Shown here in pieces: positions 12,074 to 25,371 of a stretch of 64,000 nt of DNA (positions within the stretch are counted from its first letter, which is position 1; every line of letters begins with the position of its first letter). The stretch lies in contig NC_091977.1 of NCBI RefSeq assembly GCF_044704955.1, forward strand, positions 195,176,001 to 195,240,000. The letters run 5' to 3'. The translations under genes were made by a program, and so were the position numbers. A model generated the notes under the pieces. That model searched no databases, was not told the origin of the DNA, and saw nothing but the letters and a program-made list of their open reading frames with translations. Source of the DNA: Pristiophorus japonicus (lineage: Eukaryota).

Positions 12074-13775
12074 ACTGGCGACGGGAATACAAGGTCACGA
12101 ACCACACGCTCAGCATGTCGAATCTCAGCAACTTTCAGCAATTTACCGATGGGGAAGATTGGGACACTTTTGTAGAAAGATTGGAACACTTAAGGAGACT
12201 GGCTGCACCGTGCGACTTTGGTGACCACCTAAATGAAGTACTGAGGGACTCTAAACCGACGAGAGCAGTGCACCACATTGATACTTCTAAGGGCAGAAAT
12301 GCTGCCCCGAGTCCTGCAACCGAGTCCGCCACATGGGGCAAACCGGCTAGCCCCGTGCTGGTGCTGTGGAGGAAACCACAGGGCCCACCAGTGCCGCTAC
12401 AAAGACTATGCATGCAAAGAGAAAAGGCACCTTCAAAGGATGTGCAGAAAAAGCTTTACTCACAGCGTCCCTGATGAGTTGGCTGATCACCAGGGCTCCG
12501 ACACAGAGGAAGGTGAAGTTGCTCAACCCCTGGAAGAAGAGTATGGAACTCATACCTGCTCCACCGAAAGTTCTCGGTGGGCGATGAAGGTAGACGTCGA
12601 CGGGGTCCAGTTTCTATGGAAGCGACACGGGGGCGAGCCAGTCTGCGATGAGCCAAGCGACCTTTGAAGAACTTTGGATGAATCCCACCAATCGACCACA
12701 ACGGCAGCCTGTCCAAGTGAAGCTGCTCCCAGGCCTCCGGGCTCCAGCAATCGACCTCGAACATGGATCCATCGCAGCATCCGGAGGTTCCACTGTCCAG
12801 CTCGACTGCCCACAGCACCCCAGCGAAATCTCCGAGACCGAGGATCCAAACTTCACTTTCTGGGCCGGGGCAGCACTCCAAGAGGTGAACATCGACGAAA
12901 GAAATGGATTCCCAACATCCAGGATCGAACCTGTGGAAGAAAAGAGCACCACAGCCTACCTGCAGCAAGACCAGAAAATGGCTGCAGCACCACAAGCAGC
13001 AGAACCTGTAATCAAAATGGCCTCTGCCATGCCACAAGTGAACATGGAGGAGCAGCATGTGACATGGAGTGGCCAATCGGATTTGAAGGCTCCCTTAAAG
13101 GAGACCGGGAACCAAAAAACTTTAAAGGGGTAGTTTCAACTATTTGAGTACATGGACTTTAAAGCTAAAGATGCAATTAAAGGGTGCAAGTATGAAAATG
13201 TATGCAATGTAACCATGAATTTGATGCTGGTTTAACTAATGTGACTAATTAGATGAATGCAGGTGTCAGTAAGGTTAAGAACAAGTTTATTATGCTTAAC
13301 AATATTGATAAAGAATGTGAAATGCCTAATGTAACCATGTCTGTTGAAACCAGGGCACCCAAAAGTGATGCAAATGCTGGAATGTATAATGCAGGCTCGA
13401 CTATGTGTGATCAGAGCCAAGGTGTCATGTATACCGGTAGGACACTGCCAAAGGACATTGGGTCCTACAGGGACCATGCTGATGCCAATGGAATCCCCCT
13501 GTGGGAGACCCCCAGGTCCAGCAGGCTACCTGACCATGTAGCCTGGACCTTTGGAACGAATGTGATGCCCCTTGCAGGACACACACACAGGCAGTGGGAG
13601 CAGACCTATTACAGGGACAGTGGCCAATGGGCAGCCCAGCCACCACCAATGACAACCTGCACCAGATCAGCTCTACAACCCCTGGCCACCAGGGCCAACA
13701 CCAGGAGCATGAGGCCAATACACTCCAGCTTCCCTGGCAAATCCTGGGATGACCTGACCTTCATCCCAATTGGTG

Positions 13776-13883
13776 GACAAGGAGCCCACCCAGTCTTGTG
13801 GCCCTGCCCACCACCCCACAACAACAGATGACAAGGAGCCCACCCAGTCTTGTGGTCCTGCCCACAACTACCCACATCACAAT
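13776..13883 (+). repeat. 54-bp tandem duplication inside the LTR element
   Basis: gacaaggagcccacccagtcttgtgg(c/t)cctgcccac at 13776 and 13830. Confidence 0.9.
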
Positions 13884-14113
13884 GTATACACACCACCCAC
13901 TGCTGTCGTGGCTATCCCCCCGAGGAATCCCACAACAGTGACACCTACTTGGTCTGTGTGTGAGGGAGGGGAAACGTACGAGGCCAGCCTCAAGCACAGG
14001 GGTCACACCTGGCAACCACACAACCCACATCACAACCTCCCATAGCCCACCACTGATCACCTCCCCAGGTCATAACAACTAGGATATGAAAAATGCTCAG
14101 GGGGAGGAAGTGT

Positions 14114-14392
14114 TGTTGTGTATGCATGCCTGTTTACTGTGTGATGTCTGTAACACTATTATGCAACACTAAATGTACCCTTACACTGTACACACCTTGC
14201 CTGCACACCAGAGGGTGCTGCTGCTGGAAACCTAAAGGTTACCTGCACACTGCAGGGAACCCAGTATAAAAAGGAACACACAGCTTGTTGTCTGCACTCA
14301 GGAGCTGCAAATAAATTACTGCAGGTCTGCAGAGTTTAAGTATCATACCCTGCCTCGTGGAGTCATTACTAAAGGTGCCTACATATACCACA
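14114..14392 (+). repeat. 3' LTR
   Basis: TG...CA, preceded by the polypurine tract and followed by TSD GAAAG. Confidence 0.93.
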
Positions 14393-16446
14393 GAAAGACT
14401 ATGGGGAGTTGGAAGGTGAGACACTTGCTGCAGAACCCAGCTTCTGACTTGCTTTTACAACCACAGTATCTGCATGGCTGGTCCAGATAAGCTTCTCAAA
14501 TCGTGACCCCCAGGATGTTGATGGTGGGGGATTTGGCGAAGGTAAACCCATTTCATTTCAAGGGGTGGCTGTTAGACTCTTGTTGGAGATAGTCATTGCC
14601 TGGCACTTGTGTGGTGCGAATGTTACTTGCCATTTAAGGAAGGTCGTTGATGAAGCAGCTGAAGATGGTTGGGCAAAGGACACAACCCTGAGGAAATCCT
14701 GCAGTGATGTCCTGGGGCTGAGATGATTGGCCCCCAACCACCACAACCATCTTCCGTTGTGCTAAGTGTGACTCCAACCAGTGGGGAGTTTTCCCCAATT
14801 CCCATTGACTTTAATTTTACTACGGCTACGTCAAATGCTGCCTTGATGTCAAGGGCAGTCACTCTCACTTCACCTCTGGAATTCAGCTCTTTTGTCCATG
14901 TTTGGACCAAGGCTGTAATGAGGTCTGGAGCCTGACAAAACCCAAAGTGTGCATCAGTGAGCAGGTTATTGGTGAATAAGTGTCGCTTGATAGCACTGTC
15001 AACGACACCTTCCATCACTTTGCTGATGATTGAGAGTAGGATGGGGTGGTAATTGGCCGGATTGGATTTGTCCTGCATTTTGTGGACAGGACATACCTGG
15101 GCAGTTTTCCACATTGTCAGGTGGATGCCAGTGTTGTAGCTGTACTGGAACAGCTTGGCTAGAGGCGCGGCCAGTTCTGGAGCACAAGTCTTCAGCACTA
15201 CAGCTGGGATGTTGTCAGGGCCCAAAGCCTTTGCTGTATCCAGTGCGCTCAACCATTTAGTTATAACACGTGGAGTGAATTGAATTGGCTGAAGACAGTC
15301 TTCTGTAATGGTGGGGATCTCAGGAGGAGGCTAAGATGGATCATCCACTCGGCACTTCTGGCTGAAGACGGTTGCTAACGCTTCAGCCTTGTCTTTTGCA
15401 CTCTCATGCTGGGCTCCACCATTATTGAGGATGTGGATATTCATAGAGTCTCCCGTTAGTAGTTTAATTGTCCACAACCATTCGCGACTGGATGTGACAG
15501 GACTACAGAACTTTAATCTGATCCGTTGGTTGTGGAATCACTTAGTTCTGTTTGTAGCATGTCGTTTCCACTGTTCAATGTGTATGTAGTCTTGTGTTGT
15601 AGCTTTACCAAGTTGGCACTTCATTTTTATGCCTGGTGCTGCTCCTGGCATGCTCTTCTACACTCCTCATTGAACCAAAATTGGTCCCCTGACTTGATGG
15701 TAATGGTAGAGTGAGTGATTACAGATTATGATGGAATATAATTCTGCTGCTGCTGATGGCCCACAGCACCTCATGGATGCCCAATTTTGGGTTGCTAAAT
15801 CTGTTCTGAATCTGTCCTATTTAGCCCATCGGAAGTGCCACAGAACTCGATGGAGGGTATCCTCAGCGTGAAGATGGAACGTTTATCTCCATAAGGACTG
15901 AACAGTGGTCACTCCTTCCAACACTGTCATGGACAGATGTATCTGCGCTAGGTAGATTGGTGAGGATGAGGTCAAGTAGGGTTTTCCGTCATGTTGGTTC
16001 TCTCACCACCTGCTACAGACCCATTCTGGCAGGTATGCCCTTCAGGATGCAGCCAGCTCAGTCAGTCGTGGTGCTACTTGGTGATGGACATTGAAGTCCC
16101 CCACCCAGAGTATGTTCTGTGTCCTTGCTACCCTCAGTATTTCTTCCAAAGTGGTAGTGGGTGGTAATCAGCAGGAGGTTTCTTCTCCCATGTTTAACCT
16201 GAACCTTTGAGACTTCATGGGATCCAGAATTAACATTGAGGGCTCCCAAAGCCACTCCCACCTGACTGTATTCCACTGTGTTCCACCTCTGGTAGATCTG
16301 TCCTGCCGGTGGGATAGGACAGACCATGCAATGGTGATGGAGGATTTTGAGACATTGGCTGATAAGTATGATTCTGTGAGTGTGACTAAGGCTGTTACTT
16401 GAATATTCTGTGGGACAGCTCTCCCAACTTTGGCACCAGTCCCCAG

Positions 16447-16698
16447 TGTAATGTATGCATCTGTGCGTATGCTCATAGGTTTGTAGAGCTGTTGCATTGA
16501 GTGGCTTAGCCAGTCACGTGATGTTAACAAGACTCGGTAAAACCCCAGTCAATTGAGTTTAGGTCATCCACAATGAGGAATGCAGTTGTGAGCCTAGTGG
16601 ATGAACTGGTAATGTGTGGTGTGATAAATCTTTGTGAATAAACCAACTAGTTCTTAATAGCAATGTGTTGCTATGAATTCTTAAGCAAATACATTACA
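16447..16698 (+). mobile_element. Solo LTR
   Basis: TGTAATGTAT...ATACATTACA 10-bp terminal inverted repeat, internal AATAAA, flanks CCCCAG / TCCCAG. The host LINE rejoins on removal. Confidence 0.8.
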
Positions 16699-17619
16699 TC
16701 CCAGATGTTAGTGAGGAGGACTTAGCAGGGTCGACTGGGCTGGGTGAGCCTTTGTTGTGTCCTGATTAAATGCCAATGTCACAGCTAAGTGGTTCGTCCA
16801 GTTTTTTCTTTTTCATTCTAGAGGTTTGGTACAACTGAATGGTTTGCTAGGCTGTTTCAGCGAGCAAGTAAGAGTTAACCATGTTGGTGCGGGACTGGAG
16901 GCATGTGTATGCCAGATTGGGCAAGCACGGGAGGTTTCCTTCCATAAAGGATATTCGTGAACCAGTTGAACAATCTGACAGCTGCACCCCCACTCTTCCT
17001 GATTCCAGCTTTTATTTCTATATTTCTTAAACTGAATTCAAATTCTCAGACTGCTATGGTGGGATTTGAATTTGTGTTCTCTGAATTATTAGTCCTGTAA
17101 CATAACCACTATGCTGTCATACTTGTTAAGTGTGTGTCAAGCCAGTTACAGAATAGCCTTCAGTTCATGACTCCAGTAATTGTTAGTAAATGTCCCTCAT
17201 TGGATTTACGGGCTTCAGAGTGTAAACTCACAGTTAATATCGGCAAGATCATTACCTGAAGGCGCCTTTGGCCTTAATTTCCATTTGCCATCTGAAGCTG
17301 TGAGAGGGTGCAGTCATCGAATTTTATATCACAGAAGGAGGCCATTCAAGCTGTTGAACTTATGCCACCAATCCATTAGACCCATTCTCCTGTCCCTTGT
17401 AAATTTTTGTAACTGTGTATCCACTTCCCTTTTAAAAAGCTATTATAGATTCCACTTCCGGCACTGTTGTGGTCATGTCCTAAATTTTGCTTAAACTCTT
17501 TACTTCTTTTTGTGATGATTTTAAATTATGTCCTCATTACCAACTCACTGACCAGTTTTTCCTATTTATCTCATAAAGTCCTTCATAATTTAAACGTGTT
17601 TATAAAACCACCTTTTTCC

Positions 17620-18097
17620 AAAATGCACAACCTTGGCATCATGCTCAACCCTGAATCACTTTCAGGCCCCATTTCTCCCCTTCTGCTGCTAAAACCCTAG
17701 CACCTAGCTTCATAAAGTCAAAGCTTCATAAAGTCAAGGCTTCACCTTTGCAACATCCTGCCAGTTGCCCCCCCTGCGTCCCACCCCCACCTCAACCCTC
17801 CACAAGCTTCAGGTTATCCAAAAAGCCACATCCTCCCCTGAACCACATTCCTCTTTCCATCCTCTTACACTGGGGCATGGTAGCCACTGGATCAATTTCA
17901 ACATTTCCCATCTTTGCTATAAAATCTCTCTGCTCTTTAAAACCTACCTTTTTGACCAAGCCTTTAGTCATCTGCTGTAATTTCTTCTTATGTGGCTTGA
18001 TGTCAAATGTATTTGTTTTGTCTTATAACACTGCTGCGAAGCGCCTTGGGACATTTTACTATGTTAAAGGCGTTATATAAATAAAAGTTGTTGTTGT
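17620..18097 (+). mobile_element. L2 LINE 3' fragment
   Basis: ttaaaacctacctttttgaccaagc...gaagcgccttgggacattttactatgttaaaggcgttatataaat..gttgttgttg, the L2-type 3' end also seen near 48900 and 50450. Confidence 0.75.
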
Positions 18098-19867
18098 ACA
18101 ATAGTGATCTCCTCTTGCCCTACATTTCCATTCATACCTGTCCTTCCCCACCAGATCTCTCCCAATGCCAACGCGAGAACAAATGATATCTTTGAGTATC
18201 ATCGATTGGATAGCACCAAGCTAGCTTATGGTTAACAAACTGACCCCATACTCAAGCAACATAGGCCATCAGTGGCTCCAGCCTAAGCTAGTCAAGTGGT
18301 ATTGTTAGAAGAAAGAGCTTTTGATTTGACAATGGAGATCAAAACCAATTGAAGGATAGGAACTGGAAGTGTAAAACAGATAGTGGTACCTTGAGCTACT
18401 GCCAAGTTTCATTAAAGCTAGCCATGACTTTACATTTGCAGGACTTCAAAGGATGAAATGCACCAAAGGCAGATTGTTGAAACACTTTTATTCAACCAAT
18501 ATCACTCAGGATGTCAGCAAATGTTATAGCATGTGACCAATGTCAACGAATGGGTAAACTAGGGATCACAATAAAGCACTGCTTCAACCTTTACCTTATT
18601 ACCAGCTAACCTTTCAAGAGAAATGAACAAAATACTGCAGATGCTGGAAATCTCAATATCTTAAATAAATTATTTTAATTCACTAAGAAATTGACTAGTG
18701 TACAGCACTTAAACTAGTAAATGGTTTTGTATAGATTTTTTAAGTCATTTTCAATTATTTAAAATCTGGTTACTCATAGGTGGTGGACTAGACACTCTCT
18801 TATTTAAAAAGCTATTTCTGTGATAAACCCATTTTCAGCTGATTGATAAAAATGCACCAGGTTACCAATATTAAATATTTCAAGGATTTTTTGAATGCAA
18901 GGGGAAAAAATAAACAATTATATTCTAAAATGCTACCTGATTGCACTGGTTCATGGAAGATGTTTGATTATGCAAATGAGCTTGAGCGGAAACTTGAACT
19001 TCGGACATCCAGCGCAATTTGCTCCTGGATTGCCGATTGCGCCAAAAGCGGAAACTCTACCTCAAACAGTTTTTAAGCAAGTACAGAGTCAGAGAAAGGG
19101 AGAAGACAGATCAAAGGGAAAATTCTGTGATAGGATGGAATGCAGGAGTGATTCATTGACAAAAAAGATGATGTTGCAAGGCAAAAAAGGGTAGTAATGG
19201 AATAAGTAAAGAACCAAAAAGTGGGTCTAGAGGAGGTGTAAATGGTTACAACAGAATAGCAGAGGGAAGCATGGAGAATGGCAAGACAGAAAAGACTCCT
19301 GTCTCCCAGGAGCGTGGCAGAGAAAGGTGGGTAGACCACAGGGGTGCGACCGAACCGCTTGTCATGTATCGATAGTGGATTCCAACGCATGCTTCAGGTC
19401 ACACGTCCACCGCTCTCAATGGCTCTGATGCAGCCATCCTTCATTGCCAGCATCTACTGTCCAAGAAAATGGCAGCTTATGCCAGCTCTGTGAGAGAGTT
19501 AATCAAGAATTCCACTCCCCTGCTCTGTCCCCATATCCCTTTACATTTTTCCTTTCATAAACAACATCTTAAGTTATTCAATTTAATTTTGTATTCTCAA
19601 GCAATTAGCATTTTTGTACTTTATTGTATTCTTAAGAAGTGATTACTATGATTGTGGCAGTGTTTCGACAAAAAAAACTTTGATTAACCAGTTGAGCTAT
19701 AATAGTTCACTAGCTTAAATACTTTGGGATCAACAAAGGAGAATTATTCAAGGATGTGGACAAGTTGAAAAGTAGATAACACACAGGCCAGAGCATTGTG
19801 ATGTAGCTATGTGGTTCATTTTATAACCAGTTTACAAATTCTATCAGCATAAGATTACATAATTGGA

Positions 19868-20770
19868 TAATCATAGGATGATACAGCGCAGGAAGAAGCC
19901 ATTTGGCCCATCATGCCTGTGCCAGCTCTTTGAGAGAGCTATTCAATTACTCTGATCTTTCTTCATAGCCCTGTCAAAATTTCCTATTCAAAAATATATC
20001 CAACACCCTTTTCAAAGTTATTATTGAATTGGCTTCCACCACCCTTTCAAGCAGTGTGTTCCAGATCATAACCACTCACTGCGTAATTTTTCCCCCCTCA
20101 TGTCGCCTCTGGTTCGTTTGGCAATTACCTTAAATCTGTGTCCTCTGGTTATTGACTCTCCTGTCAGTGAAAAAGTTTCTCTTTATTTACTTTATCAAAA
20201 CTCTTCAGAATTTTGAACACTTATTAAATCTACTCTTAACCTTTTCTGGTCTAAGGTGAATTATGCCAGCTTCTCTAGTCTCTCCATGTAACTGAAGCTC
20301 CTCATCTCTGGTACCATTCTAGTAAATCTCCTCTGCACCCTCTCTAAGGCCTTGATATCCTTCGTAAAGTGCTGTGCCCAGAATTGGACACAATACTCCA
20401 GCTGAGGCCCAACCAGTGATTTATAAAGGTTTAGCATAACTTCCTTACTTTTGTACTCTCTGCCTCTATTTATAAAGCCCAGGATCCCATATGCTATTTT
20501 AACAGCCATATTAACTTGTCCTCCCACCTCTCTCTGTTCCTATGCCCTCTTTAAAATGGTACCATTATATCATATTTTCTCTCCTCATTCATCCTTCCAA
20601 AATACATCACTTCACACTTTTCAGCATTAAATTTCATCTATGTGTCTGCCCATGTCACCAGTCTGTCTATGACTTCCTAAACTCTTACTGTCCTCCTCAC
20701 TATTTACTACATTTCCAAGTTTGTGGCATCTGCAGACTTTGAAATTATTCCCTTTATATCCAAGTGCAGA
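19868..20770 (-). mobile_element. CR1 3' fragment
   Basis: Minus ORF 20261-20527 has LYKSLVGPQLEYCVQFWAQHFTKDIKALERVQRRFTRM. Confidence 0.85.
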
Positions 20771-21676
20771 TAATTTTTGTATGTGACGTAAGTGTTTACT
20801 TGGTTCAAATCAGTGTCAATCTCCTGTTAGAAAGTTCTCACTGCTTACTATGAGATAAAGGAAATGGTTATTTAATTGAATTGTTTGTGTACTGTAGATC
20901 TAAAACTGCTTTGCACAGTCCGGCAAGATAAAACTTCCTATCTGTACCCCCATGTCATGCTTACATCATGTTTTTAATTATGATTAGCCAGCAAATTAAG
21001 TGCATGATACACACCTATGAATTTATATTGGGTTCAGTGGCAATAGTGCAGATGTATAGGTGAAGGAGATGAGTTTTTCTCTCTACACTTCCAATCTTAA
21101 GCGTTTATTTGCAGTGTCTGATTCTCACATACATTCCACAATGTAGATTAATGTATTTTGAACAGCCCTTTCATTATTGTTGATAGCATCAGTTTAAAAA
21201 AGCAGTTTTAAAATAAATGCTTGGATTCTGCTTTAGACTGGTCTTGCCTTACCCTATAAACTTAGATAATGCCCTTGTACTGCGCTTCCGTGCATAAGTG
21301 GATAGAGACTGTCAAAACTCTTTTCAGATAATATCTTGATCGCTGTCATAAAAAGATTTTCAACGCATTCGCCTGGTATAGATTCAACATTTATTCAACA
21401 GTAAAATAAAATGAATTACATTGGCAATGTTCCTGTATCAAAATATAACCTAAACCTCCCAAAGCACTTAATTGTAATCTGTTTTAAAGATTGTGATCTT
21501 TGGCATTCTCTAATCAAATAAATGCTCTATTTTACTAAGTCAGTCTTAAACGAATCATTATCAACTTAACTAATAGCTAAGTTAACAAATAAATGCCTGT
21601 GTTCTAGTTTGTTCCAATGGTCGGTCAGTATTTTTTCACATCTGTTATATGAACATTACAATAAATATATAGAGGT

Positions 21677-21701
21677 CTATATATGTATATATATATATAT
21701 A
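21677..21701. repeat. (TA)n microsatellite
   Basis: tatatatgtatatatatatatata. Confidence 0.9.
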
Positions 21702-22834
21702 CCTCGAGTCATGTTCAGTTCTAGCCCAGGCTGATGCTGAGGTAGGCATACCTCTTTGGCTGCAAGAAAAAGCCTTTGCAAATCCCACAGCCAGAATGAG
21801 AAATACAGGGTTAGGGAAAAGTAAAGAAATCGAGAGAGGAGGGAATATAATCACGGTGGGGGAAAACAAAGAAGAAAAGGATACATTAGAAAATAATTAT
21901 CTCCTACATTATAACAGTAACTACATTTTAAAAGTATTTCATTGGCTGTAAAATACCTTGGGATGTGCTGAGTTCATGAAAAGCACTATATAAATTCAAG
22001 TCTTTATCTATCTCACTTTTAACCATGTTTATGTTTTGTGACACAAGGCAATGCTTTAGGTTTCTGACTTGGAACTGAAAATATCACCCTGGAATGCCAG
22101 CTCTGCATAAAATGTTTACAAAGCAGCAGGCCTGCCATCACTTCTAAGATGGTCATGGAGCCTTGCAAATGTCTCTCAACATAGCTGCTAGGCAGCTCAA
22201 AAGAAAGTGTGGGAAAACAATGTAATTCCTTTTGACCATTGGGATAAAGATCAGAGGAAGAAAAGGAGAAACGAATGGTCCCTTCTCTTACTCTCAGCAA
22301 AAATGATTCAATACAGAACCTATTGAGAACCCTGAGAGCATAAGCTTGCGACACGCAACAAATCTCTCTCTTTCCCTGACCCCCTCCAACAAAGTTCTTG
22401 CAGATTAGCAGCAGGAACATTCTGGCTGCTGTGCAAAGCCACAAACCACTCAATCTTTACAAGCATATCCCATATGGCATTGATTCCCATTATCCTAATG
22501 CCCAAGGAAACGGCAAACTATGACTGACGAAGATAGCAAAGCTAACTATGTTAAAGAGCGGTGCAAAAGAACAACACCTTGCATTTATATAATTCTTTTA
22601 ATGTACATAAACATCCCAAAGCGCTTCATAGAGGTTTAATCCCAAAAAAAATGGACGTTGAACCAAAGCATGAGATATTAGGAGGGGTTCTCAAAATGGT
22701 TGGTTTTAAGGAGGATCTTAAAGGAGGAGTGAGAAGTATATAGGTTTAGGGAGAGAATTCTGGAGTGTGTGGTCTATATGGCTGAAGATATAACAACCAA
22801 TTGTGGGGCAAAGATATGGGAAATGCACACGGTG

Positions 22835-25371
22835 GAAACATAGAAACATAGAAACACAGAAAATAGGTGCAGGAGTAGGCCATTTGGCCCTTCGAGCCTG
22901 CACCGCCATTCAATGAGTTCATGGCTGAACATGCAACTTCAGTACCCCATTCCTGCTTTCTCGCCATACCCTTTGATCCCCTTAGTAGTAAGGACTACAT
23001 CTAACTCCTTTTTGAATATATTTAGTGAATTGGCCTCAACAACTTCCTGTGGTAGAAAGTTCCACAGGTTCACCACTCTCTGGGTGAAGAAGTTTCTCCT
23101 CATCTCAGTCCTAAATGGCTTACCCCTTATCCTTAGACTGTGACCCCTGGTTCTGGACTTCCCCAACACTGCATCTAACCTGTCTAAACCCGTCAGAATT
23201 TTAAACGTTTCTATGAGATCCCCTCTCATTCTTCTGAACTCCAGTGAATATAAGCCCAGTTGATCCAGTCTTTCTTCATAGGTTAGTCCCGACATCCCGG
23301 GAATCAGTCTGGTGAACCTTCGCTGCACTCCCTCAATAGCAAGAGTGTCCTTCCTCAAGTTAGGAGACCAAAACTGTACACAATACTCCAGGTGTGGCCT
23401 CACCAAGGCCCTGTATAACTGTAATAACACCCCCCCTGCCCTTGTACTCAAATCCCCTCGATATGAAGGCCAACATGACATTTGCTTTCTTAACCGCCTG
23501 CTGTAGCTGCATGCCAACCTTCAATGACTGATGTACCATGACACCCAGGTCTCGTTGCACCTCCCCTTTTCCTAATCTGTCACCATTCAGATAATAGTCT
23601 GTCTCTCTGTTTTTACCACCAAAGTGGATAACCTCACATTTATCCACATTATACTTCATCTGCCATGCATTTGCCCACTCACCTAACCTATCCAAGTCAC
23701 TCTGCAGCCTCATAGCATCCTCCTCGCAGTTCACACTGCCACCCAACTTAGTGTCATCCACAAATTTGGAGATACTACATTTAATCCCCTCGTCTAAATC
23801 ATTAATGTACAATGTAAACAGCTGGGACCCCAGCACAGAACCTTGCGGTACCCCACTAGTCACTGCCTGCCATTCTGAAAAGTACCCATTTACTCCTACT
23901 CTTTGCTTCCTGTCTGCCAACCAGTTCTCAATCCACGTCAGCACACTACCCCCAATCCCATGTGCTTTAACTTTGCACATTAATCTCTTGTGTGGGACCT
24001 TGTCGAAAGCCTTCTGAAAGTCCAAATACACCACATCAATTGGTTCTCCCTTGTCCACTCTACTGGAAACATCCTCAATAAATTCCAGAAGATTTGTCAA
24101 GCATGGTTTCCCTTTCACAAATCCATGCTGACTTGGACCTATCATGTCACCTCTTTCCAAAAGCGCTGCTATGACATATTTAATAATTGATTCGATCATT
24201 TTACCCACCACCGATGTTAGGCTGACTGGTCCATAATTCCCTGTTTTCTCTCTCCCTCCTTTTTTAAAAAGGGGGGTTACATTGGCTACCCTCCACTCCA
24301 TAGGAACTGATCCAGAGTCTATGGAATGTTGGAAAATGATTGTCAATGCATCTGCTATTTCCAAGGCCACCTCCTTAAGTACTCTGGGATGCAATCCATC
24401 AGGCCCTGGGGATTTATCAGCCTTCAATCCCATCAATTTCCCCAACACAATTTCCCGACTAATAAGGATTTCCCTCAGTTCCTCCTTCTTACTAGACCCT
24501 CTGACCCCTTTTATATCCGGAAGGTTGTTTGTGTCCTCCTTAGTGAATACCGAACCAAATTACTTGTTCAATTGGTCTGCCATTTCTTTGTTCCCCGTTA
24601 TGACTTCCCCTGATTCTGACTGCAGGGGACCTATGTTTGTCTTTACTAACCTTTTTCTCTTTACATATCTATAGAAGCTTTTGCAGTCCGTTTTAATGTT
24701 CCCTGCAAGCTTCCTCTCGTACTCTATTTTCCCTGCCTAAATCAAACCCTTTGTCCTCCTCTGCTGAGTTCTAAATTTCTCCCTGTCCCTGGGTTCGTTG
24801 CTATTTCTGGCCAATTTGTATGCCACTTCTTTGGCTTTAATACTATCCCTGATTCCCCTTGATAGCCACGGTTGAGCCACCTTCCATTTTTTATTTTTAC
24901 GCCAGACAGGGATGTACAATTGTTGTAGTTCATCCATGCGGTCTCTCAATGTCTGCCATTGCCCATCCACTGTCAACCCCTTAAGTATCATTCGCCAATC
25001 TATCCTAGCCAATTCACGCCTCATACCTTCAAAGTTACCCTTCTTTAAGTTCTGGACCATGGTCTCTGAATTAACTGTTTCATTCTCCATCCTAATGTAG
25101 AATTCCACCATATTATGGTCACTCTTCCCCAAGGGGCCGCGCACAACGAGATTGCTAATTAATCCTCTCTCATTACACAACACCCAGTCTAAGATGGCCT
25201 CCCCCCTAGTTGGCTCCTCGACATATTGGTCTAGAAAACCATCCCTTATGCACTCCAGGAAATCCTCCTCCATTGTATTGCTTCCAGTTTGGTTAGCCCA
25301 ATCTATATGCATATTAAAGATAACTGCTGCACCTTTATTGCATGCACCCATAATTTCCTGTTTGATGCCCT
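22835..25371 (-). mobile_element. CR1 LINE, 5'-truncated, same young subfamily as 52707-56243, inserted in an L2 remnant
   Basis: Minus ORFs 24737-25429, 23360-24448 and 22939-23517 are near-identical in translation to the 968-aa ORF2, with frameshifts and small deletions. (gaaacata)n tail. Confidence 0.95.

Larger units (their letters stand above)
11795..14392 (+). mobile_element. Non-autonomous Gypsy-type LTR retrotransposon (gag/protease remnants, no RT/RH/IN)
   Basis: 279-bp LTRs at 11795-12073 and 14114-14392; TSD GAAAG; PBS actggcgacg; PPT ggggaggaag. Gag remnants GEDWDTFVERL and LRRLAAPCDF, plus a zinc knuckle CWCCGGNHRAHQC. Confidence 0.93.
9420..17110 (-). mobile_element. Cluster of fragments of a second non-LTR family (CR1/Jockey superclade, Zenon-like), split by Tx1, LTR and solo-LTR insertions
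   Basis: Minus ORF 14623-15252 has KALGPDNIPAVVLKTCAPELAAPLAKLFQYSY...ALDIKAAFD, with a parallel copy at 9650-10009. EN-like LTESYL at 16168-16530. A-rich 3' end at about 11253. Several copies, not one element. Confidence 0.75.

Noticed and set aside
13113-13147. T_TTA_AAG slippery-like site at the end of ORF 12648-13133
   Set aside because: The -1 frame stops within a few codons and no pol follows.
19280-19505. CpG-containing patch as a possible exon or retrocopy
   Set aside because: No recognisable protein in the frames examined and no convincing splice sites; probably an unidentified repeat fragment.
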